Shown: one piece after another, positions 46,702 through 55,216 of the stretch
Layout: each line of letters begins with the position of its first letter
Position numbering within the stretch: position 1 is the first letter of the stretch
Assembly (NCBI GenBank): GCA_003485325.1
Contig: DMZI01000065.1
Coordinates: 506 to 64,505 of the forward strand
Source: Desulfotomaculum sp.
Lineage (GTDB): Bacteria > Bacillota > Desulfotomaculia > Desulfotomaculales > Nap2-2B
Length of the DNA: 64,000 bases
Direction: 5' to 3'
Notes under the pieces: generated by a model
The model's input: the letters and a program-made list of their open reading frames with translations, nothing else
The model's database searches: none
Told to the model about the DNA's origin: nothing
Translations under genes and position numbers: made by a program

Positions 46702-47079
46702 TTATTTAATAGGCGACACCTCCCAGTTTTCATTCACCCACAAACCGATTAATTGAACAGGATAATTCCACACGGAAAGGTTTTTTAGAGCCAGTTTAAC
46801 CTGCTCGTATTGGGTTTCTTTTGGAACCGGGTTTCCGGCGCAATCATAGTGCGCCACTATCGCAATCAGTTTGGAGCCGTGAGCCTGTATGGATATATTT
46901 ACCCTTTGTTTTATGGATTCTACTCCGGCCGTGTTTTCAGCAAGCATTTTTACCGGTCCTGGTTCTGTAACTGTATCAATGAAATCAAGGCCGTATTCTC
47001 TTCTTAAGTATTCGTTTACAGGCAGCTGCGTACGGCCGTCCATACAGTTTATCACAGTGCCGAAATTTCCCTTAGCCAT
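46702..47079 (-). CDS. Small beta-carbonic-anhydrase-like protein (125 aa)
   Basis: CxDxR (NCMDGR) and HxxC (AHYDCAG) resemble the beta-CA zinc-ligand motifs. The start is set at ATG 47079 (GGAGG plus 5 nt); the ORF is open to 47115. Confidence 0.4.
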   Translation of the reverse strand: MAKGNFGTVINCMDGRTQLPVNEYLRREYGLDFIDTVTEPGPVKMLAENTAGVESIKQRVNISIQAHGSKLIAIVAHYDCAGNPVPKETQYEQVKLALKNLSVWNYPVQLIGLWVNENWEVSPIK

Positions 47080-47223
47080 TTCAACCTCCATATAAACTTT
47101 ATTCTTTGATGACAAATTTTATTTAAAAAGCTCTGATTATTTTTCCTTGGAATAAAAATTCAATATTTCTATCTTTGTTAAAATTCTATTTAGGAGGTCT
47201 GTACATGTCAAGAAATATTTTAT

Positions 47224-47259
47224 AAAAAAAGAGGCCTCATTATCTGATATGAGGCCTCT
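47224..47259 (-). terminator. Rho-independent terminator after acs
   Basis: The minus strand reads agaggcctcat-N8-atgaggcctct followed by a run of 7 T. Confidence 0.7.
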
Positions 47260-47273
47260 TTCTTATCTTAGCC

Positions 47274-49244
47274 TTAGACTCTATCCTTGACGAGACCTTC
47301 AACAACAGTCGGGTCTGCAAGTGTGGAGGTGTCGCCCAGGCTGCTTACATCGCCGGCGGCAATCTTCACAAGGATACGGCGCATGATTTTGCCGCTCCTG
47401 GTTTTGGGCAGGAAGTCCGCATACTGGATCTTGTCAGGTGTGGCAATAGGCCCGATTTCCTTACGGACATGGGCAGTCAGTTCTTTCTTCAACGCATCCG
47501 TTTTTTCTACGCCGACTTTTAAGGTTACGAAAGCGTAGATGCCCTGTCCTTTGAGGTCGTGAGGCATTCCAACCACGGCTGCCTCGGCTACTTTTTCGTG
47601 GGCCACAAGGGCGCTTTCCACTTCAGCAGTGCCGATCCGGTGACCGGAAACGTTGATTACATCATCAATACGTCCCATCAGCCAGTAATATCCGTCTTCG
47701 TCGCGGCGTGCGCCGTCACCCGTTGTGTAAAGGCCGGGGAACTGAATGAAATAAGTATTCTTAAATCTCTCGGGATCTCCGAAAACAGTGCGCATCAGGC
47801 CGGGCCACGGTCTCTTGATACAGAGCCATCCGCCTTCATTTACGCCTACTTCTGTTCCATCTTCTCTCAAGATTACCGGGTCAACTCCGAAGAAAGGCAT
47901 CGTGGCGGAACCGGGCTTAAGCGGAACAGCGCCTGGGAATGGCTGGATTAGGAAGCCGCCTGTTTCTGTCTGCCACCATGTATCCATAATGGGGCATTTT
48001 TCTTTTCCAATTACAGTGTGGTACCACATCCAGGCTTCGGGGTTGATGGGCTCGCCTACGGTGCCTAGGATTCTGAGTGAAGAAAGATCCCTCTTCAGCG
48101 CCCATTCGTCGCCTTCACGCATCAAAGCACGAAGAGCGGTAGGAGCAGTATAGAATTGACTGACCTTATATTTTTCAACTATCTTCCAGAACCGGTCTGG
48201 ATTCGGGAAAGTGGGAACGCCTTCGTACATTACGCTGGTAGTTCCAAGGGCCAGCGGTCCGTATACAATGTAGCTGTGTCCTGTAACCCAACCGATATCA
48301 GCAGTGCACCACCAGGTATCCTCTTCTTTTATATCAAAGACCCACTTAAGCGTCTGGAAAGTGTACAGAAGATAACCCGCGCTGGTATGCAGAACACCCT
48401 TGGGTTTGCCCGTGCTTCCGCTTGTATAAAGGATGAACAGGGGGTCTTCCGCATCCAGTACTTCAGGTTCGCAAAAAGAAGACAGATTTTGGTCGTCCAT
48501 CAGTTCATTAAACCATACATCACGGCCGTCCTTCATATTTACGTCAAGGCCAATTCTTTTTACTACAATTGATTTTTCTACAGAGGGGCATTGTGCAAGA
48601 GCCTCGTCAGCTGTCAGCTTGCTGTTGACAACCTTGCCGCTGCGGTAATATCCATCTACGCAGATAAGCACTTTTGAACCGCAGTCCTGCACACGGTTTG
48701 TTAAAGCATCGGCGCTGAAACCGCCGAAAACTACTGAATGTATGGCCCCAATGCGGGCGCAGGCAAGCATGGCAATGGGAAGTTCGGGAATCATGGGCAG
48801 GTAAATGGAAACCCGGTCACCTTTCTGGATGCCCATGTTCTTTAAAACATTGGCGAATTTACATACTTCATAGTGTAGCTGCTGGTATGTATAGACCTTA
48901 TTTTCCCCTTCGGGCTCTCCTTCCCAAATAATAGCGGCCTTGTTTTTGCGCCAGGTTGTAAGGTGACGGTCCAAGCAGTTATAAGAGACGTTTATTTTGC
49001 CGCCGACAAACCACTCGTGTTTCGCGTTTGCGAAATCTTCCACCATAACCTTATCCCATTTTTTAAACCAGTCAAGCTGCTCTGCCAGTTCACCCCAGAA
49101 TGCATCTGGGTCCTCGACAGACTTTTTATGCATGGCCTTATATTCTTCCATACTTTTAATATAGGCCTTCTCGGTAACTTCTTTAGCAGGAGGAAAAACC
49201 CTTTTCTCTTCCATCATGGAGGTAATTGCTTTCGCTTCGGCCAT
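47274..49244 (-). CDS. acs: Acetyl-CoA synthetase (AMP-forming)
   Basis: 656 aa with [19 protein letters not shown] and [14 protein letters not shown], plus the C-terminal catalytic-Lys region [11 protein letters not shown]. Confidence 0.95.
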   Translation of the reverse strand: MAEAKAITSMMEEKRVFPPAKEVTEKAYIKSMEEYKAMHKKSVEDPDAFWGELAEQLDWFKKWDKVMVEDFANAKHEWFVGGKINVSYNCLDRHLTTWRKNKAAIIWEGEPEGENKVYTYQQLHYEVCKFANVLKNMGIQKGDRVSIYLPMIPELPIAMLACARIGAIHSVVFGGFSADALTNRVQDCGSKVLICVDGYYRSGKVVNSKLTADEALAQCPSVEKSIVVKRIGLDVNMKDGRDVWFNELMDDQNLSSFCEPEVLDAEDPLFILYTSGSTGKPKGVLHTSAGYLLYTFQTLKWVFDIKEEDTWWCTADIGWVTGHSYIVYGPLALGTTSVMYEGVPTFPNPDRFWKIVEKYKVSQFYTAPTALRALMREGDEWALKRDLSSLRILGTVGEPINPEAWMWYHTVIGKEKCPIMDTWWQTETGGFLIQPFPGAVPLKPGSATMPFFGVDPVILREDGTEVGVNEGGWLCIKRPWPGLMRTVFGDPERFKNTYFIQFPGLYTTGDGARRDEDGYYWLMGRIDDVINVSGHRIGTAEVESALVAHEKVAEAAVVGMPHDLKGQGIYAFVTLKVGVEKTDALKKELTAHVRKEIGPIATPDKIQYADFLPKTRSGKIMRRILVKIAAGDVSSLGDTSTLADPTVVEGLVKDRV

Positions 49245-49444
49245 TATCCTGGACTCCCTTCTCGAAATTTGTTTAAAGTCCTAAAAATCATATCTTCTAT
49301 CTTAATAAAAACTGCCCTTTCAAATCACCCCCAAAAAATATTCAGCTAGCTTGTTTAAAAATTTTACCTTATGAAATTTTATTAAAGCAGTGAAAGGATG
49401 TCAAGGTTTTTCTTGACGCAAATCTTCCTTAAAGCAAATTGTGC

Positions 49445-49473
49445 TTGACATCAAAACTCATGGGAAGTATTAT
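49445..49473 (+). promoter_or_regulatory. Candidate sigma-A promoter (distal)
   Basis: TTGACA-N17-TATTAT. Confidence 0.4.
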
Positions 49474-49566
49474 TTAACATGAATTATTGTAGGTTTTAGC
49501 CGTTAGGTATAGTATTTAAGGAAGAGTTGCTTTTTCTTGTAAGATTAAAAGGTATGGGATAAGTTT

Positions 49567-49596
49567 TTGCCTGATCATGGTTCTAAAAGCTATAAT
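49567..49596 (+). promoter_or_regulatory. Candidate sigma-A promoter (proximal) for the thioesterase gene
   Basis: TTGCCT-N18-TATAAT, about 30 nt upstream of the GTG start at 49627. Confidence 0.4.
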
Positions 49597-49626
49597 CTTG
49601 TATATTCTTAAGGGTATGGTTACCGG

Positions 49627-49965
49627 GTGGAGGCACTGTTAAAGCCGGGTATTCCGGGGAAAGCTGAGAAGTTTGTAGAGAAGAAAGACACTGCCCCTGT
49701 TCACGGCAGTGGAAACGTAGAAGTGCTTGCGACGCCAGCCATGATTGCTCTTATGGAAAAAGCAGCGTTTTCTTCCGTGGAGCCTTTTTTGGGGGGTGAT
49801 CTGACAACTGTCGGGATCTATGTAAATGTTCGGCATCTTTCGGCAACGCTTGTTGGTGTAAAAGTTGAAGCGCAGGCTGAACTAACCGAAGTAAACGGCA
49901 GAAAACTGATTTTTAAGGTGACTGCCTATGATGAGAGTAAAATGATTAGTTCAGGAAGATCATGA
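49627..49965 (+). CDS. Hotdog-fold thioesterase (FlK-like family) with an apparent C-terminal frameshift
   Basis: VHGSGNVEVLATPAMIALMEKAAF...VGVKVEAQAELTEVNGRKLIFKVTAYDE matches this family. The expected ending (HERYMVYGASFLKKL) is in a different reading frame at 49958-50014. Confidence 0.65.
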   Translation: MEALLKPGIPGKAEKFVEKKDTAPVHGSGNVEVLATPAMIALMEKAAFSSVEPFLGGDLTTVGIYVNVRHLSATLVGVKVEAQAELTEVNGRKLIFKVTAYDESKMISSGRS

Positions 49966-50156
49966 ACGTTACATGGTTTACGGGGCAAGTTTTTTAAAGA
50001 AGCTAACCGGTTAATCTTTTAAGTGGTTCATTGTTATTTGCTGTTCATTGGAAATCGTAAACCTCATTTTTAACCAACTTAATTTTATTTTTTAATTTAT
50101 AGATAGGACAGGCGTAAAATAATTTTAAATTTTACAATAAAAAGGAGGTTTCTGTT

Positions 50157-52205
50157 TTGCAGCAGCCAGAAGCGATTGTAGCTTTTCTTTTGATTGTCAT
50201 TGTTTCGGTGGTAGCCTTTCTTTATGCTCTCAGCTGGCGTGTGGGAGTAGTAACTTTAGGCGAAAAGGAAAACAGGTTGGACAACCCCGGTCAGCGGTTC
50301 GGGAATTTCATAATGAATGTTTTTGCACAACGAAGGATATTAGCTAAAAATATTGGAATTGTGCATTTCTTTATTTTCTGGGGCTTTATTTTTATCTGCC
50401 TCGGGGAGATACCGCTGCTCTTTGAGGGATTATTCGGTATGAAAGTGCCTTTCCTGAGCACGAACCCTATCTTTATTATGGTTCAGAATGTAATGTCGAT
50501 TCTTGTAGTGATCGTCCTGATTATAGCGGCATACAGAAGGTGGGTGTTAAAACCCGATTACCTTTACCGTACTTCAGAAGCAGCCATAATTGTAATCTTA
50601 ATCTTTGGCGTAGTGATTACTGAATGGTTTTCCACCGCAGCCAGGCTAGCCCTGGAGCCGAATCCGGCAGCAGCTTTTGCCCCGGCGTATAGCGTTATTG
50701 CTTCATGGCTGGCGGGCTACAGCAAAGAAGCGTTAGAAAAGGTCAGCCTTTTCTTCTGGTGGGTTCATATGCTGATTTTGTTTGGTTTTCTTGTTTACAT
50801 TCCCAATTCCAAGCATATGCATTTATTATTTTCACCGTTTAACGCCTTTTTTGCCTCTTTGGAGCCCCGCGGAGCCCAAATCAGGCCGATGAACCTTGAA
50901 GATGAAGAAGTAACCGAGTTTGGTGTGGGAAGAATTGAGCAGTTTACCTGGAAACAGCTTTTAGACAGCCTCTCCTGCGGTGAGTGCGGTCGTTGTATGG
51001 ATAACTGCCCTGCGAACCTTTCCAAAAAACCGCTGAATCCAAAGAAGCTGCTCAGCCGGCAGTTAAAAGAGCACATGCTTGAAAAAGGCACGTTGATGTT
51101 GAAGAAGGGGTTATTCAACACGGGTGAGGAGGCTGCAGATCAGGTTGAAAAAGTTATCGCGGCGGATCGCCAGGCAGCCGAAATATTAGAAAAATCCTTA
51201 ATCGGAGACGTGGTTACTGAGGATGAGATTTGGGCCTGCACGACCTGTTTCTCCTGCCAGGAACAATGCCCGGTTTCCAATGAGCATGTTGCTAAGATGG
51301 TCGATATGCGCAGGTATCTTGTTATGATGGAGAGCAGCATTGCGCCCGAGCTGCAGTTGGCCTTCAGAAACGTTGAGAAAAATTCCAACCCATGGGGCGT
51401 TGGCTGGGCAAACCGCGGCGAATGGGCAAAGGATCTGGATGTTAAATTGCTGAGCGACGACAGCGATGTGGAATACCTTTACTGGGTAGGCTGCGCCGGT
51501 TCCTTTGATGACCGGGCCAAAAAGGTCGCCACAGCAGTGGTTGAAATTCTTAAGGCTGCCGGAATCAACTTTGCTATACTGGGCACCGAGGAAAAATGCT
51601 GCGGAGATTTCATCCGGAGGGCAGGCAACGAATATCTGTACCAGTCCCTGGTTGCGGAAAATGTGGAAACATTAAATGGTTATGGTGTGAAGAAGATTGT
51701 TACCGCCTGCCCCCATTGCCTGAATACCCTTAAGAACGAGTACCCGGCCTTTGGCGGAAACTTTGAAGTTATTCACCATACCCAACTGATCAACCAGTTA
51801 GTCGGAGAAGGCAAACTGACGCTTAATAAGAGCGGCGGCGCAGAAAGCCAGAAAGTGGTTTACCACGATTCTTGTTATCTTGGCCGCTACCAGCAGGAAT
51901 ATGTTGCGCCCCGGGCAGTTCTGCAGATGGTTCCCGGTATGCAGTTGGTTGAGATGGATAGAAACCGCGAAAGCAGTTTCTGCTGCGGCGCAGGCGGCGG
52001 GCGGATGTGGATGGAGGAACATCTAGGTGAGAGGATTAACAATATGAGGACTGAACAGGCTCTGTCCAAGAACCCGCAACTAATCAGCGCCAACTGTCCG
52101 TTCTGTATCACAATGCTGGAGGATGGAGTAAAGGTTATGGGCGATCCGGATGCTCCCATAAAAGTTATGGATCCGGCTGAACTAATCGTCAAACTGCTCC
52201 ACTAA
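50157..52205 (+). CDS. Fused membrane (NarI/DsrM-like) and HdrD/DsrK-like Fe-S oxidoreductase with two CCG domains
   Basis: Five to six N-terminal TM helices are followed by two ferredoxin motifs (CGECGRCMDNCP; CTTCFSCQEQCP). Two CCG domains follow (VGCAGS...EKCCGD...CPHC; DSCYLG...FCCGAGGG...CPFC). TTG start after AGGAGG. Confidence 0.8.
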   Translation: MQQPEAIVAFLLIVIVSVVAFLYALSWRVGVVTLGEKENRLDNPGQRFGNFIMNVFAQRRILAKNIGIVHFFIFWGFIFICLGEIPLLFEGLFGMKVPFLSTNPIFIMVQNVMSILVVIVLIIAAYRRWVLKPDYLYRTSEAAIIVILIFGVVITEWFSTAARLALEPNPAAAFAPAYSVIASWLAGYSKEALEKVSLFFWWVHMLILFGFLVYIPNSKHMHLLFSPFNAFFASLEPRGAQIRPMNLEDEEVTEFGVGRIEQFTWKQLLDSLSCGECGRCMDNCPANLSKKPLNPKKLLSRQLKEHMLEKGTLMLKKGLFNTGEEAADQVEKVIAADRQAAEILEKSLIGDVVTEDEIWACTTCFSCQEQCPVSNEHVAKMVDMRRYLVMMESSIAPELQLAFRNVEKNSNPWGVGWANRGEWAKDLDVKLLSDDSDVEYLYWVGCAGSFDDRAKKVATAVVEILKAAGINFAILGTEEKCCGDFIRRAGNEYLYQSLVAENVETLNGYGVKKIVTACPHCLNTLKNEYPAFGGNFEVIHHTQLINQLVGEGKLTLNKSGGAESQKVVYHDSCYLGRYQQEYVAPRAVLQMVPGMQLVEMDRNRESSFCCGAGGGRMWMEEHLGERINNMRTEQALSKNPQLISANCPFCITMLEDGVKVMGDPDAPIKVMDPAELIVKLLH

Positions 52206-52238
52206 GAAACATCAGAAATCAACAATAACAAAAAAAAG

Positions 52239-52270
52239 AAAAATGCCAGGCAAAGTACTGGCATTTTTTT
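52239..52270 (+). terminator. Rho-independent terminator after the HdrD-like gene
   Basis: atgccag-gcaaagta-ctggcat followed by a run of 7 T. Confidence 0.7.
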
Positions 52271-52279
52271 ATGGTGGTG

Positions 52280-52440
52280 GTGCGCAACGCATGGCGCGTA
52301 ACTAGGCGGTGGAAGACCGCTATAGGGGCTGGCAGTTGCCAACCATTAGCCAAGCGCAAGGGTATCCATCGCGAGGTGGAATCTGAAAGAAGCGTGATGA
52401 GCAAAGTTCCGGCCAGAGGAACACGAACCGTATCACGGCC
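52280..52440 (+). mobile_element. Group II intron (class C-like) 5' fragment, about 160 nt of domain I
   Basis: It starts with GTGCG 9 nt after the terminator T-tract. The stretch TTAGCCAAGCGCAAGGGTATCCATCGCGAGGTGGAATCTGAAAGAAGCG...GAGGAACACGAAC is near-collinear with domain I of IIC introns such as O.i.I1, as recalled from memory. Confidence 0.7.
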
Positions 52441-52868
52441 CGGTGCACCTGCCCGATGGAGGCGGCGGCCAGCGGTTCGGGATCAAACCCGCCGAAAAGC
52501 TCTTCCAGCGATCGGCCCAACTCCCTTTCTATCTGTTGTTTGACCGTTTCAAACCTTAAAGCCGCCACGTGGTCCTGAAGTTTCTCCAGTTCAGTTATAA
52601 AGTCCGGGGGAATCAGGTCGGAACGGGTACTTAAAATTTGCCCCGTTTTAACAAAAGTGGGCCCCAACTCCTCCATGGCCATCCGGACTCTCTCCGCCAG
52701 GGAAAATCTCTCCGTACTGGACTCTCTTTTTGAAAAGATTTTCCCGGAAACAGACAAGAATTTTGACAGCCCCAGCCGGTGTGCAATGTGCCCGAAGCCG
52801 TGTTTCAACAAAACATTTGCTATCTTCCGGTAGCGCTTTATATATTTATACCGCCTGCGCAGCTGCAT
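52437..52868 (-). pseudogene. ubiB: Truncated ABC1/UbiB-family kinase (only about the first 144 codons)
   Basis: LGPTFVKTGQILSTRSDLIPPDFITELEKLQDHV...AAASIGQVHRA is the UbiB N-terminal region. Homology stops at about 52437, where the intron fragment abuts. The ORF then runs through non-homologous sequence to 52320. Confidence 0.7.
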
Positions 52869-52982
52869 GCCAGCATCATCCTCGCCTTATTCAATTTTAC
52901 CCAGGTAACCCTTTATTTATGGGACGAGTAGAAAATTATGGAAGGGTACACAAAACTGCTTTCCGTACCCTTCCATAATCGG

Positions 52983-53273
52983 TTAACTTAATTTTTCTCT
53001 CAATTCATCCAGCTTTTGTTCCAGCCTTTCAATGTCCTGCCTGGTGGCCAGCCTTAGCTGCCCCGCAGTACAGCATTTCAGACCGATTGCCGCACGGAGG
53101 GATTCTTTCTCGACCTTCCCTTTGTCTTCCAACTTTCTGATCAGTTCCATGGTTTCATCCCTGGTGGCCCCGCCTTTCTTCGCCAGCTCGTCCGCGACCT
53201 TTTTAGCCATTTCCCTGGCAAGTGAGAGAGCTCCGAGTCCGGTTAAAAAGGTTTTTCCCGCTATTTGCAGCAC
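52983..53273 (-). CDS. Phasin-like small coiled-coil protein (COG3937-like)
   Basis: FLTGLGALSLAREMAKKVADELAKKG...ATRQDIERLEQKLDEL. This type is often paired with UbiB-like kinases in Firmicutes. Confidence 0.5.
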   Translation of the reverse strand: MLQIAGKTFLTGLGALSLAREMAKKVADELAKKGGATRDETMELIRKLEDKGKVEKESLRAAIGLKCCTAGQLRLATRQDIERLEQKLDELREKLS

Positions 53274-53317
53274 CTGTTTCAGTCCCTTTCGATGTAACTC
53301 CTGGAAAAAGTTACAAC

Positions 53318-54244
53318 CTATAATATAAGCATCTCATTTATAAACATAGGATTTAACACCCTTTCACCGGTAAAAACGTTTGATTCGTAAAGCGAAACAA
53401 GACATTCGGCAACCTTTGTGCCTGCAGTTTCTCCCGCTTTAATGCATTTTGAGGCCTGGTGCAATTCGTACCATTTTATCTCTTGTACCGCCGGTCTTAC
53501 CACTATGGTAATCCCTCCCGCGGGGACCGGATATTCCCGGCTGAGACTTCCTTTGGAACAAAGCTCCAGCGACCGGTTCACCAAGATTAAGCTTTCCGGA
53601 ACCACCCAGCTTAATGGTCGCCACAACTTGCTTTGAGTCGCTGAGTTCTGAAACTTGTACCTTAACCACTGACTGGTCTTTAATAATATTCCGGCATTAT
53701 CCACCGGCGAACTGACATCAACCACTATCAACACAAGGGGTTTCATTTCCAATACGGCTGCTGCAGGTACGGGAGCGACCAAGGAGCCGTCTGCAAGGAT
53801 GAGGTTGTCTATACGTACCGGGCAAAAAATACCCGGCAAAGCCGTACTTGCCCGTAGCGCCTTGGCTACTGAACCAGTGGTCAGTCGTACTTCTTCGCCA
53901 GTAACAATGTCAGTGGCAACAACCTTCAGGATGGTCCTCAGTTCATGGAATTCTTTATTGCCGGTCAGCATAGCAAAAAAATGTTCCAAGCGCCCGCCGG
54001 CTATAACACCGCGGCGGGGAAAGGTAATGTCGGCCAGTTGCAGCATGTCCTTCCAATACATGCTTAAGGCAATGGCTTGCATTTCTTCTACTTCGCTCCC
54101 GGCTGCATACACAGCCCCAACCACTGCCCCCATACTTGTCCCGGCAATTATATCTATCGGGATACCCGCCCGGCACAAAGCCTTTAATACACCCAAGTGA
54201 GCATAGCCGCGGGCGCCTCCGCCTCCCAGGGCCAATCCCACCAA
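53318..54244 (-). CDS. Patatin-like phospholipase
   Basis: Oxyanion GLALGGGGARG, the nucleophile elbow GTSMG, and a DG dyad candidate (LADGS). Confidence 0.85.
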   Translation of the reverse strand: MVGLALGGGGARGYAHLGVLKALCRAGIPIDIIAGTSMGAVVGAVYAAGSEVEEMQAIALSMYWKDMLQLADITFPRRGVIAGGRLEHFFAMLTGNKEFHELRTILKVVATDIVTGEEVRLTTGSVAKALRASTALPGIFCPVRIDNLILADGSLVAPVPAAAVLEMKPLVLIVVDVSSPVDNAGILLKTSQWLRYKFQNSATQSKLWRPLSWVVPESLILVNRSLELCSKGSLSREYPVPAGGITIVVRPAVQEIKWYELHQASKCIKAGETAGTKVAECLVSLYESNVFTGERVLNPMFINEMLIL

Positions 54245-54298
54245 TGGCCGTGACCGTAACTTATCAATGTTATGCGTTGGATAAACACCTCTACCTCC

Positions 54299-54919
54299 TT
54301 AAGAAGACTTATATTCCAATAGGCATTCCAATTCCTGTATCAGCCAGGTGTTCACAACAGTCATTGCTTCCCGCCCGGGTCGCAACTCCCGTGGGCGGTA
54401 TTGCATTTTGCCGATAACAACCGTTATCCTGCCTCTTCGCGGAATACGTGCACCGGGGGGTAACACCGTACTGCTTCCCCGGATTGCTACAGGAAGAACA
54501 GGAGCGCCTGATTTTAAAGCCAAGTAGGCCCAGCCTGGTTGTAAATCCCTTAGTTTCCCTTCTGGCCTAACGCCTCCCTCCGGGAAAATTCCCAGAGATC
54601 CCCCCTCCCCAAGGACCTTTAAGGCCTTCTTGACGGCTGTTACGCCGCCTTCATTTTTCTCAACCGGAATAGCTCCTATGCTGCACAGAAACGGGCCTAC
54701 CAACGGCAGGTCAAAAAGATAGGCCGAGGAAAAATAAGTTATTTTACGCGGCAGACATGCTGTCAGCACAAATCCATCCAGTAGGCTGGAGTGATTAGCC
54801 ACGACAATCACGGGACCATTTCGCGGAATGTTTTCCACCCCATAGACAGTAAGTCCATTTCCTATGGTGAATACCAGCCTGCATAGTAATCTGGCGAACC
54901 AGTATATCAAGCTATTCAC
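54299..54919 (-). CDS. plsC: 1-acyl-sn-glycerol-3-phosphate acyltransferase (PlsC family)
   Basis: HX4D motif (VVANHSSLLDG) and FPEGG. Confidence 0.85.
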   Translation of the reverse strand: MNSLIYWFARLLCRLVFTIGNGLTVYGVENIPRNGPVIVVANHSSLLDGFVLTACLPRKITYFSSAYLFDLPLVGPFLCSIGAIPVEKNEGGVTAVKKALKVLGEGGSLGIFPEGGVRPEGKLRDLQPGWAYLALKSGAPVLPVAIRGSSTVLPPGARIPRRGRITVVIGKMQYRPRELRPGREAMTVVNTWLIQELECLLEYKSS

Positions 54920-55036
54920 ATTAATCCAGTACCTTTCGATTTTGTAACAGGGTTTTACCCTTCATTCCCAAGTACAGGGTTTTTTTGTTTCAACCTGTAC
55001 ATGTCCCCTGGGCATAAAGGCAATCTTTCCGGTTAC

Positions 55037-55207
55037 CTATTTTTTTATGATTAGTTTTGCAGCATCCAGGCTAGCTGCCGGTCTCCCCGGGGCAAGGGTA
55101 TTTTGGCGCATGCGCGTCACCTTGTCCGGTTCCCGGAAGAGTGTGGTTACTATCCGGGGAACCGAATCCGGTGTATCGGCCAAAGCTCCGTATAGGAGAA
55201 TAAATCC
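55037..55207 (-). pseudogene. Possible C-terminal remnant of a GT28/MGDG-synthase-like glycosyltransferase (56 codons, no start)
   Basis: The open frame GFILLYGALADTPDSVPRIVTTLFREPDKVTRMRQNTLAPGRPAASLDAAKLIIKK* resembles the C-terminal ...L..dp.k...M...a....p.AA..I motif of MurG/MGDG-type transferases. A TAG lies directly upstream. Confidence 0.25.
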
Positions 55208-55216
55208 CTATTGGTT

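Noticed and set aside
52271-52543. 90-aa plus-strand ORF spanning the intron fragment and the antisense of ubiB.
   Set aside because: The Arg-rich translation runs across two unrelated sequence segments. The region is better explained as the intron domain I RNA plus the antisense of the ubiB remnant.
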